64,000 nucleotides of DNA from Paragordius varius (taxonomy: Eukaryota; Animalia; Nematomorpha). The translations under genes were made by a program, and so were the position numbers. Of the stretch, positions 1-13,454 are shown one piece after another. The DNA is taken from contig OZ176055.1 in the NCBI GenBank assembly GCA_964247055.1, positions 8,370,001 through 8,434,000 of the forward strand. The letters run 5' to 3'. Position 1 is the first letter of the stretch, and each line of letters starts with the position of its first letter. The notes beneath the pieces are model-generated. The model saw only the letters and a list, made by a program, of their open reading frames with translations. It made no database searches and had not been told where the DNA came from.

Positions 1-269
1 TCAACACATGGTTTAATTGGATTCAATTTATATAAAAAAATCATATTGTATATGTTCAATGTTTAGTATTTCCATTTGTTAGATATCCCATTTCTGAATT
101 TATATTCATATTTATTTCATTTTGAGTGAATATGGTATACAAGTATTTTTTGCTTACGTTTAATGCGAAAATAAGTAAATTCGATTTTTATAATTATTTC
201 CCCCCCAAAAAAAATATATGCATTGATAATTTGACTTTTTATGCATATATCGTTTTTGACTGTATATAG

Positions 270-2028
270 ATCATCATCTGGTGCTCAATATTCAAATACT
301 ACACCGCAAACAAATGCACCCAATGTTAATAGCAACACTAATAACTCATCATCAGGTAGGCGTGCCCCGCTAAAACCCCAAGATATTGGAGATCAGCTGA
401 TCGAAATTGTAGGGCTTGAAAGTGCCATCCATGCCGGTCAAGTTAAGGCTGGCCTTCGGAGTTCAGGACGGAGAATAGCCCAGGGCTCACAAATTGTCAT
501 AAAGTAGGGGAAAATGTGCTTTTTATTTTTTGCTCTTGTTTGTGATAATTTCTATTAGATGGTAAAATTTCTAAGATTCTAATAATTTTTTTGTAAGTTT
601 GAGGGCTTTATAAATTGTCATAAAGCAGAATAGAATATCTCATTTTTTATTTTTTTAGTCAGGAGTTCGTAAGATTTTAGCGAAAATTTTACTCTAATAC
701 GTGTTTAATTGTTGTTAAGTAAATCGCTCACTTTCTTTAATAATTTAGTAGTTTACAAATAGTCATGAGTAGGATTTTTTAATTTTTGCCCTAAATTTTT
801 GAAAGTTTTCAAATAAATTTTAATTTTGTTTATTTGGTGTCTTTGATAAGCGTCTAATAGTTCTCAATTCATTGTTATAAGTAAAAAAAAATATTTTTAG
901 TCGTCCATTTTGCCCAATTTACTCTAAAGATTTTTTCTACTTTCGTATGGTACATTTGGCATTTTTTATAAATTGATTTACTACAGGCACTTTTTACAAG
1001 GATATATTTTTTCTATATATGTATTAATATTTTCAGGCTGATCAAAATACACTTTTTCCGCTAAAAATCGCATGTATTTTTCCATTAGCAAACTAGCTTG
1101 CGAGTATTTTTGAATTATTTTCGTAAACTAAAACAATAAATTAAATATATTATTTTTTTATTTTGTTTCCTAACAAATCATAATGATTTAAATAATTAAA
1201 TATTGAATAAAACTAAAGCAATTGAATTTAAATACATTTAATAAAAAATATTTGTCATTTATTTAAAAAAAGTTCATGACGCGAATGGGTAAGTTATGTA
1301 TTTTACCCATTATCATTATGAGGGAGGTCCATTATATTAGAATTGGAATTATATATATGCTATAATATATTATATTATTAGAACTATGCGAAGATTCCCA
1401 ATGCAAATTGATGGTGAACCATGGTTACAGCCCCCATGCACAGTATAAAATATAATTTTTTAAAATAATTGATTAAATTTATTTTGACCAAACATAATAT
1501 ACCATTTACAATTCAAATTTCACCCTTAAACAATTTAATTCCTTAAACAATTCAAATTCACCCTCAAACAAAATATATATTTTTTAAAATTAAAAATTAC
1601 CTATATTTTTATATATTTTTAAAAAATTTTGTTTTAAAAAAATAATACTGAAAAAATAATAAACCATGCCATAAATATATATTGCATATTAATATATTTT
1701 ACTTCGAAAACACATTTATTTTCAGGGTGAATTTGAATTGTTTAAGGGTGAATTTGAACTGTAAATGGTATTTTTGGTGGTTACGATTAAACTATTTTAG
1801 AAAGTATTTATAACTATTTACTTGGTCCGTACATCTCAAAAATATTATTTTACTTTTTTTGAGAAATAACTGCAAAGATGCATAAGATGTTTAACATTGA
1901 CTTGAAATATTTGTTTTTTCTATTAGATTACAATTAATCTCAAAAATCGAGTGCCTATGTTAATGGCCCCCAAAAGAAAACGTCATAAATCCTTATGTGG
2001 AATGGGCTTAATTCCCCAATTTTTTTAG
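270..2028 (+). CDS. DGK: Diacylglycerol kinase, type I (alpha/beta/gamma-like); last three exons 270-503, 1382-1442, 1927-2028; 5' part lies outside the window
   Basis: Spliced exons read [74 protein letters not shown], matching the DGK accessory-domain C-terminus (LEVVGLEG...PMQIDGEPW); GT-AG junctions keep frame; stop TAG at 2026-2028. Confidence 0.92.
1499..1771. mobile_element. MITE-like inverted-repeat element in the last DGK intron
   Basis: Left ataccatttacaattcaaatttcaccctt is the near reverse complement of right aagggtgaatttgaactgtaaatggtat; related copy at 44975-45221. Confidence 0.65.
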
Positions 2029-2380
2029 AAAAATCTCCAAAAATCTAAATTCTATTAAAAAAGAGAAATGTATTACCAGTTAAAACTACAAAACCTGTGA
2101 AAAACTATATTATAAAACATCTTTTAAAAATTTTTATATCATATTTGACTGTCAATCGTATATTTTGGTAAAAAAAATACGACTAATTTTATATTAATAA
2201 TTATAATTGTTCATATTATTATGATAATCAAAAGTTACAAAAAGTAATAATATTTATCCACATGTACATAACATATAATGAATAAATAAATAAATACTGT
2301 ATATAATTTTAACATACACATGGTCATTCTATTTCTATGTTAATTTTTTTGATATAACACAGTCCTAATAAGATGAGCTA

Positions 2381-5300
2381 ATGATAAATTGTTACATTCA
2401 ACATTATATATGGTTTCTAACAGTTTTAAATCTGTCTACTAGTAGTGGTTTTCTAAGCAAATCAATATTTTTAACGCCAAAAAGTTTTAATGGACGTATA
2501 TCCGCAAAAGTTAAACGGATAGAACCTATACCATACAATTATCATGATTTTAATGAGACATATTATGATTATACGGACAACACGGCATACTCTGACAAAA
2601 GTGACCCAGGCGATCCCAGCAACGTAACGCATGAAGAGTTAAGTATTCGAATGGGCGTTTTTTTACCCTTTTATGGGACAAAGTACCCTTTCACGCTGGA
2701 AAAAATGTATGGGAATTTGTTGTTAGCTTATCGTCGTATAAATGAACAATTTTTTACCCGTGATATCATAGTGAAAAAGTTTTCACCATCCCTGGCACGT
2801 TACGAAGAAACGGGGAAAAGGTTACGCATAAGTTTACGACTAATTTTTGCGGATACAGCAAGTGATGGTGAACTTGCGAGCAGTTATGACGAGTGCACGG
2901 AAGATTTTGCTACGTATCATGCTGGCCGAGCTTTTTACAAATACAAAATTTCGGCCTTTCTTGGCCCATTTTGTTACTTAACGTTTGCGTCTGTGGCGTA
3001 TTTATCAACGCGTTGGAATCTCCCTATCATTACTTCCATGGGCTCGGGTTATGTCGATGCCAAGACTTGGCCTACCCTGGTCCGTATGAGTTATCGAAGT
3101 ACAGATTTAGCTGGTACCTATCTCTCCATCCTAATTTCATATGGATGGACGGATTATTCCTTTATATATGAGAATGATGCGTTTGAACGCATTGGTATAG
3201 ATGGCCTGGATTACAGTCAGTTACTCTTGCAAAATGACGAGTATGGACCAAAACATGTATTCACTATAAATACGACAAATTCACACGACGTTTTACGGGC
3301 ACTTATGAGTGGTAGTGTAAATTCTAGAGGTAAAAAGACAGTAAAATCTTAAAATTTATTTGTATTGTATGGCTATAAAGTATTATGTAAATATTTAAGC
3401 AAGTTTATATGGTGCTTGATTATTACTAGTATACAACTATTTCTTGGAGTTTTTGAATATTGATATCAAACTTTGAGTTTGTTGATAATATTAAAACACA
3501 ACTTATTTGGGAATGACACAAATTTAGAAAATGGAATTTCCTCAAACATTTTAATAGGGATTTATGTTTTATAAAAAATATTTTTGTGTCTCTTAATTTG
3601 GAATCAATGAGTTGAATTTTTGTGCATTGTTCAAAAAAGTAATTTACGACATTCGCCAAAATATAAATTTAACTTTAATTACAGTTTTCATCCTTGCATT
3701 GAACGTCAATTTGGTTAAACAATTCTTACTCAGCGCCTATGATTTGGGCATGTTAGTTAATGGGGAATATGTATTCCTAACGGTAGAACTGTGGAAATGT
3801 GAATGTTTTGGGGGCTCTTTTTTCACCACTGATGAAACTGAAAATAGAATAGATGTATACACTAAAAATTGAAATTATACGGATGAAATGTAACAACTCA
3901 AATACAATGTTTTTCTAAAAGACAACCATATACTTTTTTGTATCACGATTTTTCCTAAAAAAACCTTATAATTACATTTTTGGATAATATAATTGAGTGG
4001 CTTACCAATTTCCATCTAAAATCCCCATTTCTTAACCCAAAATGAGTTATATTTCAAATAACAACATGTAAAAAATATGGTTGTCTTTTAAAAATATTTG
4101 TTATTTTCGTTTTTACGTTTCGTCCGTATAATTTAACTGTATGTATAATAGCCAATGTTGTCTAAAAATATTTAGGATTTGCGGAAGGCCTATGAATCAT
4201 TGTTTGTTATAACACCCAAAATGATAAAATCTCATGCGGCTACCGAGTATAACCAAGTTTTAAAAAATTTCTCCCGGTCACTCAACTATTTTGGGTATAA
4301 TTTTACCTCGAATGAAGAAGTATTGCTTATATCCCATATATTAAATAACCAATTAGACTAATTTAATTGTAACTGGAATGTACGATGGTTTATACGTTTA
4401 TGCCAAAGCTCTGAAAGAACACTTAGAAAACGGGGGAACTAATTTTGAGGGCGCTGATATTGCAAAAAGAATGAAAAATCAGACAGTACAAAGTTTTACA
4501 CATAAAAAGTAATCGTTAGGTGACATTGGTAATTTTTCGATAAATGAGGACGGCGACAGAATAACCGACTATTATGTATGGGATTTTGATCCAAAACAAA
4601 AAATTTGGAAGGTATGCTTAGTTTAATATTTCCCATACATTAAACATATGCCAACGATATACGTGAAGCTAAGTTTATATTTAAACTTAAAATTAACCGA
4701 AATTCGTCTTTTTTAAGAGGTTAAAATACGGACAACAAACAATTTTAACAAAATGAAGTTGTCGCAATAAATATTGAGATGTAACAAAAACTTTTGAAAT
4801 TTATATAGACATAATTAACGGTTAGGGCATTATCAAATATTATAAAATTTATTTTAATAAACTGGGTAAAATTAAAATCATCAAATAAAAGCACGAATAT
4901 TCCGAACATATTTTCTATATTAATACTTTCTTAACATTTTATATAGATCGCTATGACCTACTATAGTGAAATGAATAATTTAGTCCCCGAAAATGTATAT
5001 ACCATACATTGGCCAATTATACACGAAGCTCCTCCTAACATACCCGTGTGTGGTTTTGGAATCGATAAAGCAGCCTGTATGCCATCTGGTAAACATTGTT
5101 TTGTTCATTCAACTGAAAATAAAACTTGATGAAACTTTAAAGCGAATTTATTAATTATTCTGGAAATAACAAAATTACCATAAATTTTGTTAAAATCTTT
5201 TGCCGGTTGTAAAAATTTAGATAAATACAGTAAAGAAACCTAAAGTCGCTTGTAATTTTCTACTTTCCCCATAAGAAAATATTTTAAAGCAATAAAAAGT

Positions 5301-8300
5301 ATTGTGCTTTTTACATTAATCAAGAAACTTTGTTGGGGCACAGCCAAAATATTGTCTTGATATCGGTAGTTATTGGTAAACATAGTTTTAAAATTCTAAT
5401 AAGTTACAATTATACTTTATTAATACTTTTGCACATGCGGAAAATTGATTAACTCCTTATAACAAAATGATTGCATAATTCATTTGGGTAAGAAATGTGA
5501 GAAAAGCATCAAGCATTCGCCTAAGTAGAATGCGCAAATTTTTTATGTTAAGTCATTAAAAAATATATTTTATTGTCGGGAACAAGGAAAATAGAATACA
5601 AGGCGGTCATACCAACGGCAACCCTCTGTTAAAATGGGGTATGGGGTTATTTAAATAAAATGGGGTAATTATCATGAATAATCAAATTCAAAAACCATTA
5701 GATTTTAGTAGGTTAAAGAATTTTATTACAAATACGCTTTGTTTTATAGATCCCATAACTTTTGTTGAATTACTGACTTATATCCTAGCATTGTTTGTCC
5801 TGGTTGGCATATTATTAGCCTACATAGCTTACAAGTTATAATTACCAAATTAATTTGACAATTTTTATTTAAATTGAAATAAGTTTTATTATTTTGCTCT
5901 TTAATAATTTTTGTGATTAACTATAATTAAAAGCAAATAATATTAAATTACATATCAAAATATCAAAAATAGGAAAATGACGCTTGAATCGGAACTCAAC
6001 AGTAGATGGTGGGAAGCCAAATTCCATGAAATTAAATACGAAAATTTAAACCCTAGCTATTTATCATTGGTCAAAAATAAAACGGCCTCAGAGGTTTTTT
6101 ACAAATCAATCTGTAGAATTGTAGACCATCATATGTTAAACGTGAAATCAAAGGAGAATACAATGTAAGCTAATAATTTTAAAATTTACTTATATCTTGG
6201 GAATTTTGGAACTTTAAGCTGTGTTTTGTATTAACAATTGCACTTTGCAAAATAAATGCAAAAAATCTAAAAGCGTTAACAACTGGTTACCAACAAAATC
6301 GTGTGATTAATTTTATTGGTACACTAATTAAGCAAGACTTTGAAAATATTCTCCACTTAAAATTAATGTGGCTATTTATAAAGTTTTAAGACAAGGTTGA
6401 ATGATAATTGGGTATTAAATTCTAAACATATCACTAAATTCGGAAAATTGTGCAAATATATAGCGATAAACATGATAGTTTCATATGTTCCCATCCACCA
6501 TTTATACAGATTTTTAAAATATTAATGATTAGCAAAAATGACAGAATATTTTAGCTGTGAATACATTAGTCTTTTTATATAAATATCATATGCTACTTTT
6601 TGTAATACTGAAGCTTGAAATTAATCAAATTTTTAAATCCAGGGACTCGTTATTATATAATTTACTACTTAAGTTGTAATGTATACAAAATTTTTTATTC
6701 AAAATAGGGCATGTTGGTCAATATCTCAACGTTAGATGTAGATTGGAATTTTGTTATCAAGCGATCCAACCTTTTGGAATTTAAATACGTAATTACTTCA
6801 CTTAATAACATAGTTTATGTCAAATCAAAAATTGAAATATTTTACAATAAATAATCAAATTTGAGAACACTTCTAAAGTCTTATATCAGAGTTTGGAATT
6901 AAATTATTGGTTGTGGTATTGAAAAATGGTTTTTTCCATAAGTCATATTTAGTTATAGCTATATTAATATATTATGGTGCATATATAAAAATACTATTTC
7001 TGATATTATCATGAAACAAATGAATTTAAACTCGAGTCAACAAATTTTAAACAATTTTAACTTCGGAAATACTTGGCATTTAAAACGGTTTCTTTAAACT
7101 AGCGGTTCAGGTTTCTGTACTTGTAATTATAACCGATTCTCAAGCCACCTTTTTAAAAATTAGAACTGTAACGGAGATTAATGGGGAGATTGTCTTTAAT
7201 TTTAAATAAAATTTATGGATTGGACATATTATATGAATCATGAAAAATTTTTAAGAATGACCGTTAACTATAATAAATTTTCGAAAATGGTTGTTTTTCA
7301 CATAAATTAATACGTTATCAATATTAATAGCACAATAGGCCGAGTATCTTAATTTTAAAAAGCTTTAACTATGGACAAAAATGGCGTTTTATCAGAATCA
7401 TAGTAGGACATATATGCGTCTTGCAAAATTCTCATTAAATGCGATATTGATAATGATACATTCAAAATCGATTCAACATTGGTGAAGGGTTTTAGTTTAA
7501 GGCTTAGACTCCTAGAGCGGTTTAAAAACTGCTAAATGAATATATCCTTTAATTTGATATTAACTAAAAGTTTAAATTCCTTTTAATATATTTGGTTTCA
7601 AAGGTTAGACCATCTCAAATTCTAACGCTAATAGTTTTAAATACGTTATTATTGTAATTTTAACGGCAAATAAAATATATGTAAATGTGAATATTAACAG
7701 ATGCGTGATATTCAGAACACCAATTTGTGCCGATTCATTGCGCTTTGCGTTGAAATGCCTCGCTTGTATGTTCTCATGGAATATTGCAGCAAAGGAACTT
7801 TACATGTAGACTTTTTTACTGATATGTTATATTACATAAGGCGAAGTTTTTTTAGGCCATAAAGTTAATAAAATTATAAATTAAAGTACCATATTTTTAG
7901 GTATATAAATAGTATGTGGTCATTTGTGAATATTTTGTTTAATTATTTTTCAATTTTTAGCCTAACAGATGGTTTTAAATTTATACTTTAATCTTTTTTA
8001 AACACTGTGAATGTGATGTCTTACAATCAGTCAATTGTTAAACGTTAACACACTATGACAAAGTTTAAATAAATTATTATAATCAAACAACTAACCAGCT
8101 CTGCCAAAAAAACCCCTTTCTATGATGCCTTATTATGCATAATAATTACTTATCATGTTTGTAACTTTTAAAAAAGCATTATTAATATCTACTTAGCAAA
8201 TTCTTGAGAACGCAGACATACAAATTGATATGGAGATGAAGATTGCCATTTTAAAAGATATTGTATCGGTAAAATTCCCTATAACCTAAAAGAAAATTTA

Positions 8301-9193
8301 ATATTTTGCAAGAAATATCATTAAAATTTTAAAGTTTATATGATTAGAATATTGGTTTATTCTTTAAAAATAGATTTCTTATTTTAATTTATCTTTTGAT
8401 GATGTTTAAAATCGTATAGGGGATGAACTATTTACACTTAACGCCAATCGAATATCATGGAAATTTGCGATCCACAGAGTGTTGGATAGACTCAAGGTTT
8501 GCGGTAAAAATTTCGGGATATGGTTTAAATTCTATCCGTATAGTAACTGCCGAAGAAACGGATAATGACATTTATTACTACAGTAAGGCGTTAAAAAAGT
8601 AGAATTATTTTTTTCTATAACCGAAAATTCGATACCTATTAAATTTACTAACTATTCGTCTTTTAAAAATCACATATATACGCGTTTTTGCCATTTGTAT
8701 TATATAACTGTGTTTAATTATTATTTATTATCGATTAGACAGATTATATGTGGCGCCAGAATTGCTAAGATCAGATTGGCATGATGGAGTAGGAACGCAA
8801 AAGGGTGATGTATACAGTTTTGCTATTATTATGCAGGAAGTCTTACTCCGCTCAAAACCGTATGAGGCACCTAAATCACTTGGAGATCCTAACTCGGTAC
8901 AAAATTACAAAGGTAATTATATTATTTTATACATGTTTTTAATAATATGTGTAGAAATCACATCTGCACAGGTATGTTGCATTTCGTAAAAACTAAGTCT
9001 GATAATAAAACAGCATTTTATCGTTTTAGATATTTCTAGCTTTATTTTGTTCCGTTTTCGATTCAAAATAATGTTTTCCTAAAATTATACTCAGGGAATT
9101 AAATATTTGGCTAGCATTTACAGTATTAACTGGAGAGATCAGGATTGTGGAAAATTTAGATTATTAATAATGTAACAATTGTACTTTCAACAG

Positions 9194-9231
<38 letters not shown>

Positions 9232-12139
9232 GGAGAAATTTTTGAATTTCTTATTACAAATAATTTAGCCAAACAATTTTAATTATGTTACTCCAATATT
9301 TATAATTATGCGTAAACTTTATAGAAATTGTTGAAAATGTACAATCACAGGGGGAAATTTGTTTCAGACCTAACCTTTATCAAAACCATCTTCAAGATAT
9401 TCCCAACGAATGGTTTGAGCTTACCAAAGCGTGTTGGGACGAGAATCCAGATTATCGCCCAAATTTTTTACATATCCAAACTGTCTTGAGGCGATTATCA
9501 AAGTTGAATCTCTCATATTTTTTAAATAATATGTTTTTGCATAAACAGATAAATTCTTCCATTTATGATTGAGCAGAGGTAAGAATGAAAATGTAGTTGA
9601 TAGTTTATTGAAACGCCTTGAGGATTACTCCAACAACTTGGAGGTTTTGGTTCAAGAACGTACAAACGCATACATAGAACAAAAACAAAGGAGTGATGAT
9701 TTACTTTATCGAATCATACCAAAGTATTTTAAAATTTTTCTTTTCAAATATAAATATGGCAGGATAAAATGATAAAGCAAACATAATTATACTTTTTTAG
9801 AATTTTTATAATGGAGAAAGGTTTTTAAGTATATATAATTATATATATAAGGTTGACTCTGGCCTATGACCATTTTCATGACCGCTTATAAAAATAACCA
9901 TTTATTGAGACACATATGATTATAATATGATATCTAATATATCTAAAAATATTAATACGAAATTTTAAAATTTGATCACTTTTTTGTATTAATAAAACAT
10001 ATTAACAGCGTTGCTTCTTTCATAAAATATTCTTACTGAATGCATCAATTCCGTTGGAATATATAAAATATTTGTAGTTTAGTTTGATTAGCTCGTTACC
10101 ATGATTAGTCTGTTAATCACTTTTGAAACTGGTCAAAAAAATTTTTAGATGAGTAATTCACTACATAGAGACTATAAAATATTTAATGCGTTTTTTGAAC
10201 TTTGTTAGATCGGTGGTAGAACGATTAAAAATGGGTTACCAAGTTTTGCCAGAAAATTATGAACAAGTCACAATATATTTCAGTGATATTGTTGGGTTTA
10301 CATCTCTCTCGGCGGAAAGTACACCATTTCAAGTTATCCTAATGCCCATAAACACATAATAATTAGATTATAAATTTTCTCAATGATCTGTACACCTGTT
10401 TTGATACTGTGCTGACATACTTTGACGTATACAAGGTATTAGGCTGCTATTGAAGTTTATAGAACCCCATTTTTCATAAAAATTTAAATTATAACGGAAC
10501 TTAAAAAGTAAAAGAATACATATTTTTTAGCCCTTGTTTGATATATATAAATGATTAAAATTGTGAAATATATAATTTATTATGATACCATTTTGCATGT
10601 ATAATCCTAATTTCGCAACCTAAAAAAGGGTATAATAAAAAACATATTTTTTTGCTTTTTATGTTTTGTCATTATAATTTTAATTTTTACTGCAATAAGG
10701 TTGAAACTATTGGGGATGCATATATGGTTGTTTCAGGATTGCCCATACGAAACAATAACCACGCCGTTTATATTGCTAGAGTTGCTTTATGCCTGCTCTA
10801 TCAAATAATGGCATTTAAAATTCGTCATAAACCAAACAAAAAGTTAAAATTACGAATCGGTCTTCATTCAGGTTGAGTGCTTTTAATATACCATCAACAC
10901 TTTTAGTTTACCCTTATATATTTAAAATGACCCTTGAACATTAATTTACCCTTAAAGATTAAAAATTCCTTATAACAATAAATTATATTTTTTTGCACTC
11001 AATTATAATTGGGTAAAATGTTTAACTTTATAAATTTTTCATCTTTTCAAAAAAAATTTCCAAAAAACTTTAAACCTCAACCCATGTTGGTTTTTTAGTT
11101 TTTATTAAAATGAGAAAAACAACAATAATATAAAACAAAACGATGATAAATTATGCTGAAATACAATATTTGTTTGTTAATCTAGCCCAGAAGCACATAA
11201 TTTATTTTTTGATTAAATATTTTACTTGGTTAAAACAACTTAATTATGCCCGAATATAGGACCAGTCGCAGCTGGAGTAGTAGGTCTTAAAATGCCTCGT
11301 TACTGTTTATTTGGACATACCGTATTTCAAGCTTCGTGCATGGAATCTAGCGGGGAAGGTTGAAAAAACAATTGGTTTATAAAAAATATTTAGGCCTTAA
11401 AATTCATGTGAGCGATATAACTAAAGCCCATTTAGACAAGTATGGAGGTTTTGTCTGTGAACCTCGTGGAAAAACTGCTATGAAGGTAGATGGAAATAAA
11501 TGGTTATATAAATAAATGATATCATATTACAGTAAAAATTGAAATTATACAAACTTAAAAAAAAGGCAACCATCCTTTTTTAAACCATAATTTTCTTATA
11601 TAAATTATTAAATACGATTGCAAAACACATAATTGATTGTGTTACCAATTACGACACTAATTCATATTTTGCAATTTACAGTATGTGTATAGCAAAGTTA
11701 TTAATTATTGCCAACTAGTAATTACAACAAAGGGCAGTATTATTGGCTAATAATAGTAAAAAGTGAAAAAGGAAACTATAGCCAATAATACTGCCCCTTG
11801 TTGTTTTTACTATTTGGCAACAATTAATAACTTTCTAGAAATGTATACTTACTCATACTGTATAACAATGCTTTATATCAAAAAAATCAAGTTTAAATAA
11901 GTACAGCTGTCTTTTTTTTGTTTTTATATTTTTACGTGTCCGTATAATTTCAAATTTCATAAACTTTTTTTTTTCAAAATTAGGATGGAACCACGGTGGA
12001 GACGTTTTGGCTTTTGGGAGAACAGGATTCCACTAAACAACACAAAATGATAACGTATGACATGAAACGGGCCAAAGCCTGTGCAAAAGCTAGTAAAATG
12101 AATATGCAAAGCGAAGCAGCAAACAAAAGTTATAATTAG
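2381..12139 (+). CDS. Receptor (transmembrane) guanylyl cyclase, natriuretic-peptide-receptor-like architecture, multi-exon; catalytic domain atypical
   Basis: Signal peptide plus ANF-receptor-type ectodomain (2381-3329 and later exons); TM exon near 5750-5840 ([22 protein letters not shown]); kinase-homology domain ([24 protein letters not shown]); hinge [21 protein letters not shown]; cyclase motifs [50 protein letters not shown]; stop TAG 12137-12139. Confidence 0.95.
3908..4097. mobile_element. Short inverted-repeat (MITE-like) element in a guanylyl cyclase intron
   Basis: ttttctaaaagacaaccatat near 3911 pairs with atatggttgtcttttaaaaa near 4076-4095. Confidence 0.5.
11679..11860. mobile_element. 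182-bp Tc1/mariner-type MITE
   Basis: TA|CAGTATG...CATACTG|TA with long imperfect internal inverted arms; lies in the last guanylyl cyclase intron. Confidence 0.85.
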
Positions 12140-12474
12140 ATATTTACCATGAAATTCTCAGCAAAAACTATTTAGTAATGGTTTAGCATATATTTAAATA
12201 AAAACCTATATTTTGATGATGATTTTGTAATAAATATTTTTAAAAGAGTTAAGCGTGAATGGTAATTGAATTGCCTGTAAATAGGGGTGTTCTGTTTCTA
12301 ATTTTAATGAAATATGTAGACCATTTAAATTCAATAATGAATATTTGTATTTACATTTATACCGATCATAATCGGCCATGTAAAATAAGTTATAAACCAA
12401 AATAATTTGGCCATTTTATTATACATTTATTATATACATTATACTTTTTTGAAAATATTTTATATTATAAATAG

Positions 12475-12764
12475 GGGGTCGAATCATACCATCCGCACCA
12501 GATCTGGCAACAGATGACCAAAAAAACTTGCGCAAAAAATTTACAGTAAGTCTAACGAAATTGGAGAATGAGTTAGTGGCAAAAAGTATGGATTTTATCC
12601 TAAGTCCCTTCCGAAAACCGAAAAATGAAACTGACAATGTTGAACAAGAAATGAAATTGCTAAATAATCAAAGTAAAACTGATACAAGTGAAACGACATA
12701 TCGACCCACATCGTCTGAATTCCAAATTATACGAAAGAATTATATAAAAATGGACAAATCATAA
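12475..12764 (+). CDS. Possible terminal exon of an unidentified small gene (GRIIPSAPDLATDDQKNLRKKFTVSLTKLENELVAKS...)
   Basis: About 96 open codons after an aaatag acceptor, with coding-like composition against AT-rich flanks; no family recognised and upstream exons unresolved. Confidence 0.35.
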
Positions 12765-12785
12765 ATGTTTAATAATAAATAACAT

Positions 12786-13430
12786 TTATTCATTCTTTTT
12801 GTCATTCAATATGGTGGCAGTGGCCGTATTATCCAAAGATTTTATGCGTGAATATTTTTCGGATGGATAGTTTATTGAATTAAATTCAGTTGGTTTATTC
12901 AAAAATGGATTCCATATACCCTGTATTGAGCTATTTTCAGTTTTTGTATCATTGAGAATATGGGCACTAGGGTATCCGGATGCTGATTTAAAGTAATTGA
13001 GCCATTTCAAAATGTGCTCGGATTCGTAATTTTTTACGCAAAGATTCTCGATGTTTCCGGTAGCTAAATGTTAGATATTAAATGTAAATATTACAATATT
13101 CAGCAATAATTGAGGGTGGTTTATGACGCATAGGTTTAACATATACAGCTACAGAAGGGTTGTCTTTAGCAAATTGAACCAGATATTTGTCTACAAATTC
13201 TCTAACATACTATAAAAATTATGTTACCTCATTCCATGACTACTTTTATATTCTTTGCACAAAGTTAACGTGACTCGCAATAAAGGTGAAATATATCTAC
13301 CGTTAACCCCATTGTAAAAAATAGATTGTAGTGGTGATTTATTTAAAGTATCTACATAAGTACCGGGGGCTACACCAGCTCCGGCCTTAAAAGTCGGATT
13401 AATAATTTGAAAGAAATTTTTTATTGACAT
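12786..13430 (-). CDS. MRPL43: Mitochondrial ribosomal protein L43 (mL43), 3 exons; introns 13202-13227 (26 nt) and 13064-13094 (31 nt)
   Basis: Spliced product ...YNGVNGRYISPLLRVTLTLCKEYKSSHGMREFVDKYLVQFAKDNPSVAVYVKPMRHKPPSIIAEY...SIQGIWNPF matches mL43 (NGxGRY..REFV..FA..NP..V.Y..AEY..SIQG.W.PF). Confidence 0.93.
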
Positions 13431-13454
13431 TTAGGAGAGTTAAATTTATACAGC

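Noticed and set aside
345-490. GC-richer stretch considered as a structured RNA or hammerhead ribozyme (ctgatga-like words)
   Set aside because: Fully explained as a DGK coding exon; no complete ribozyme core
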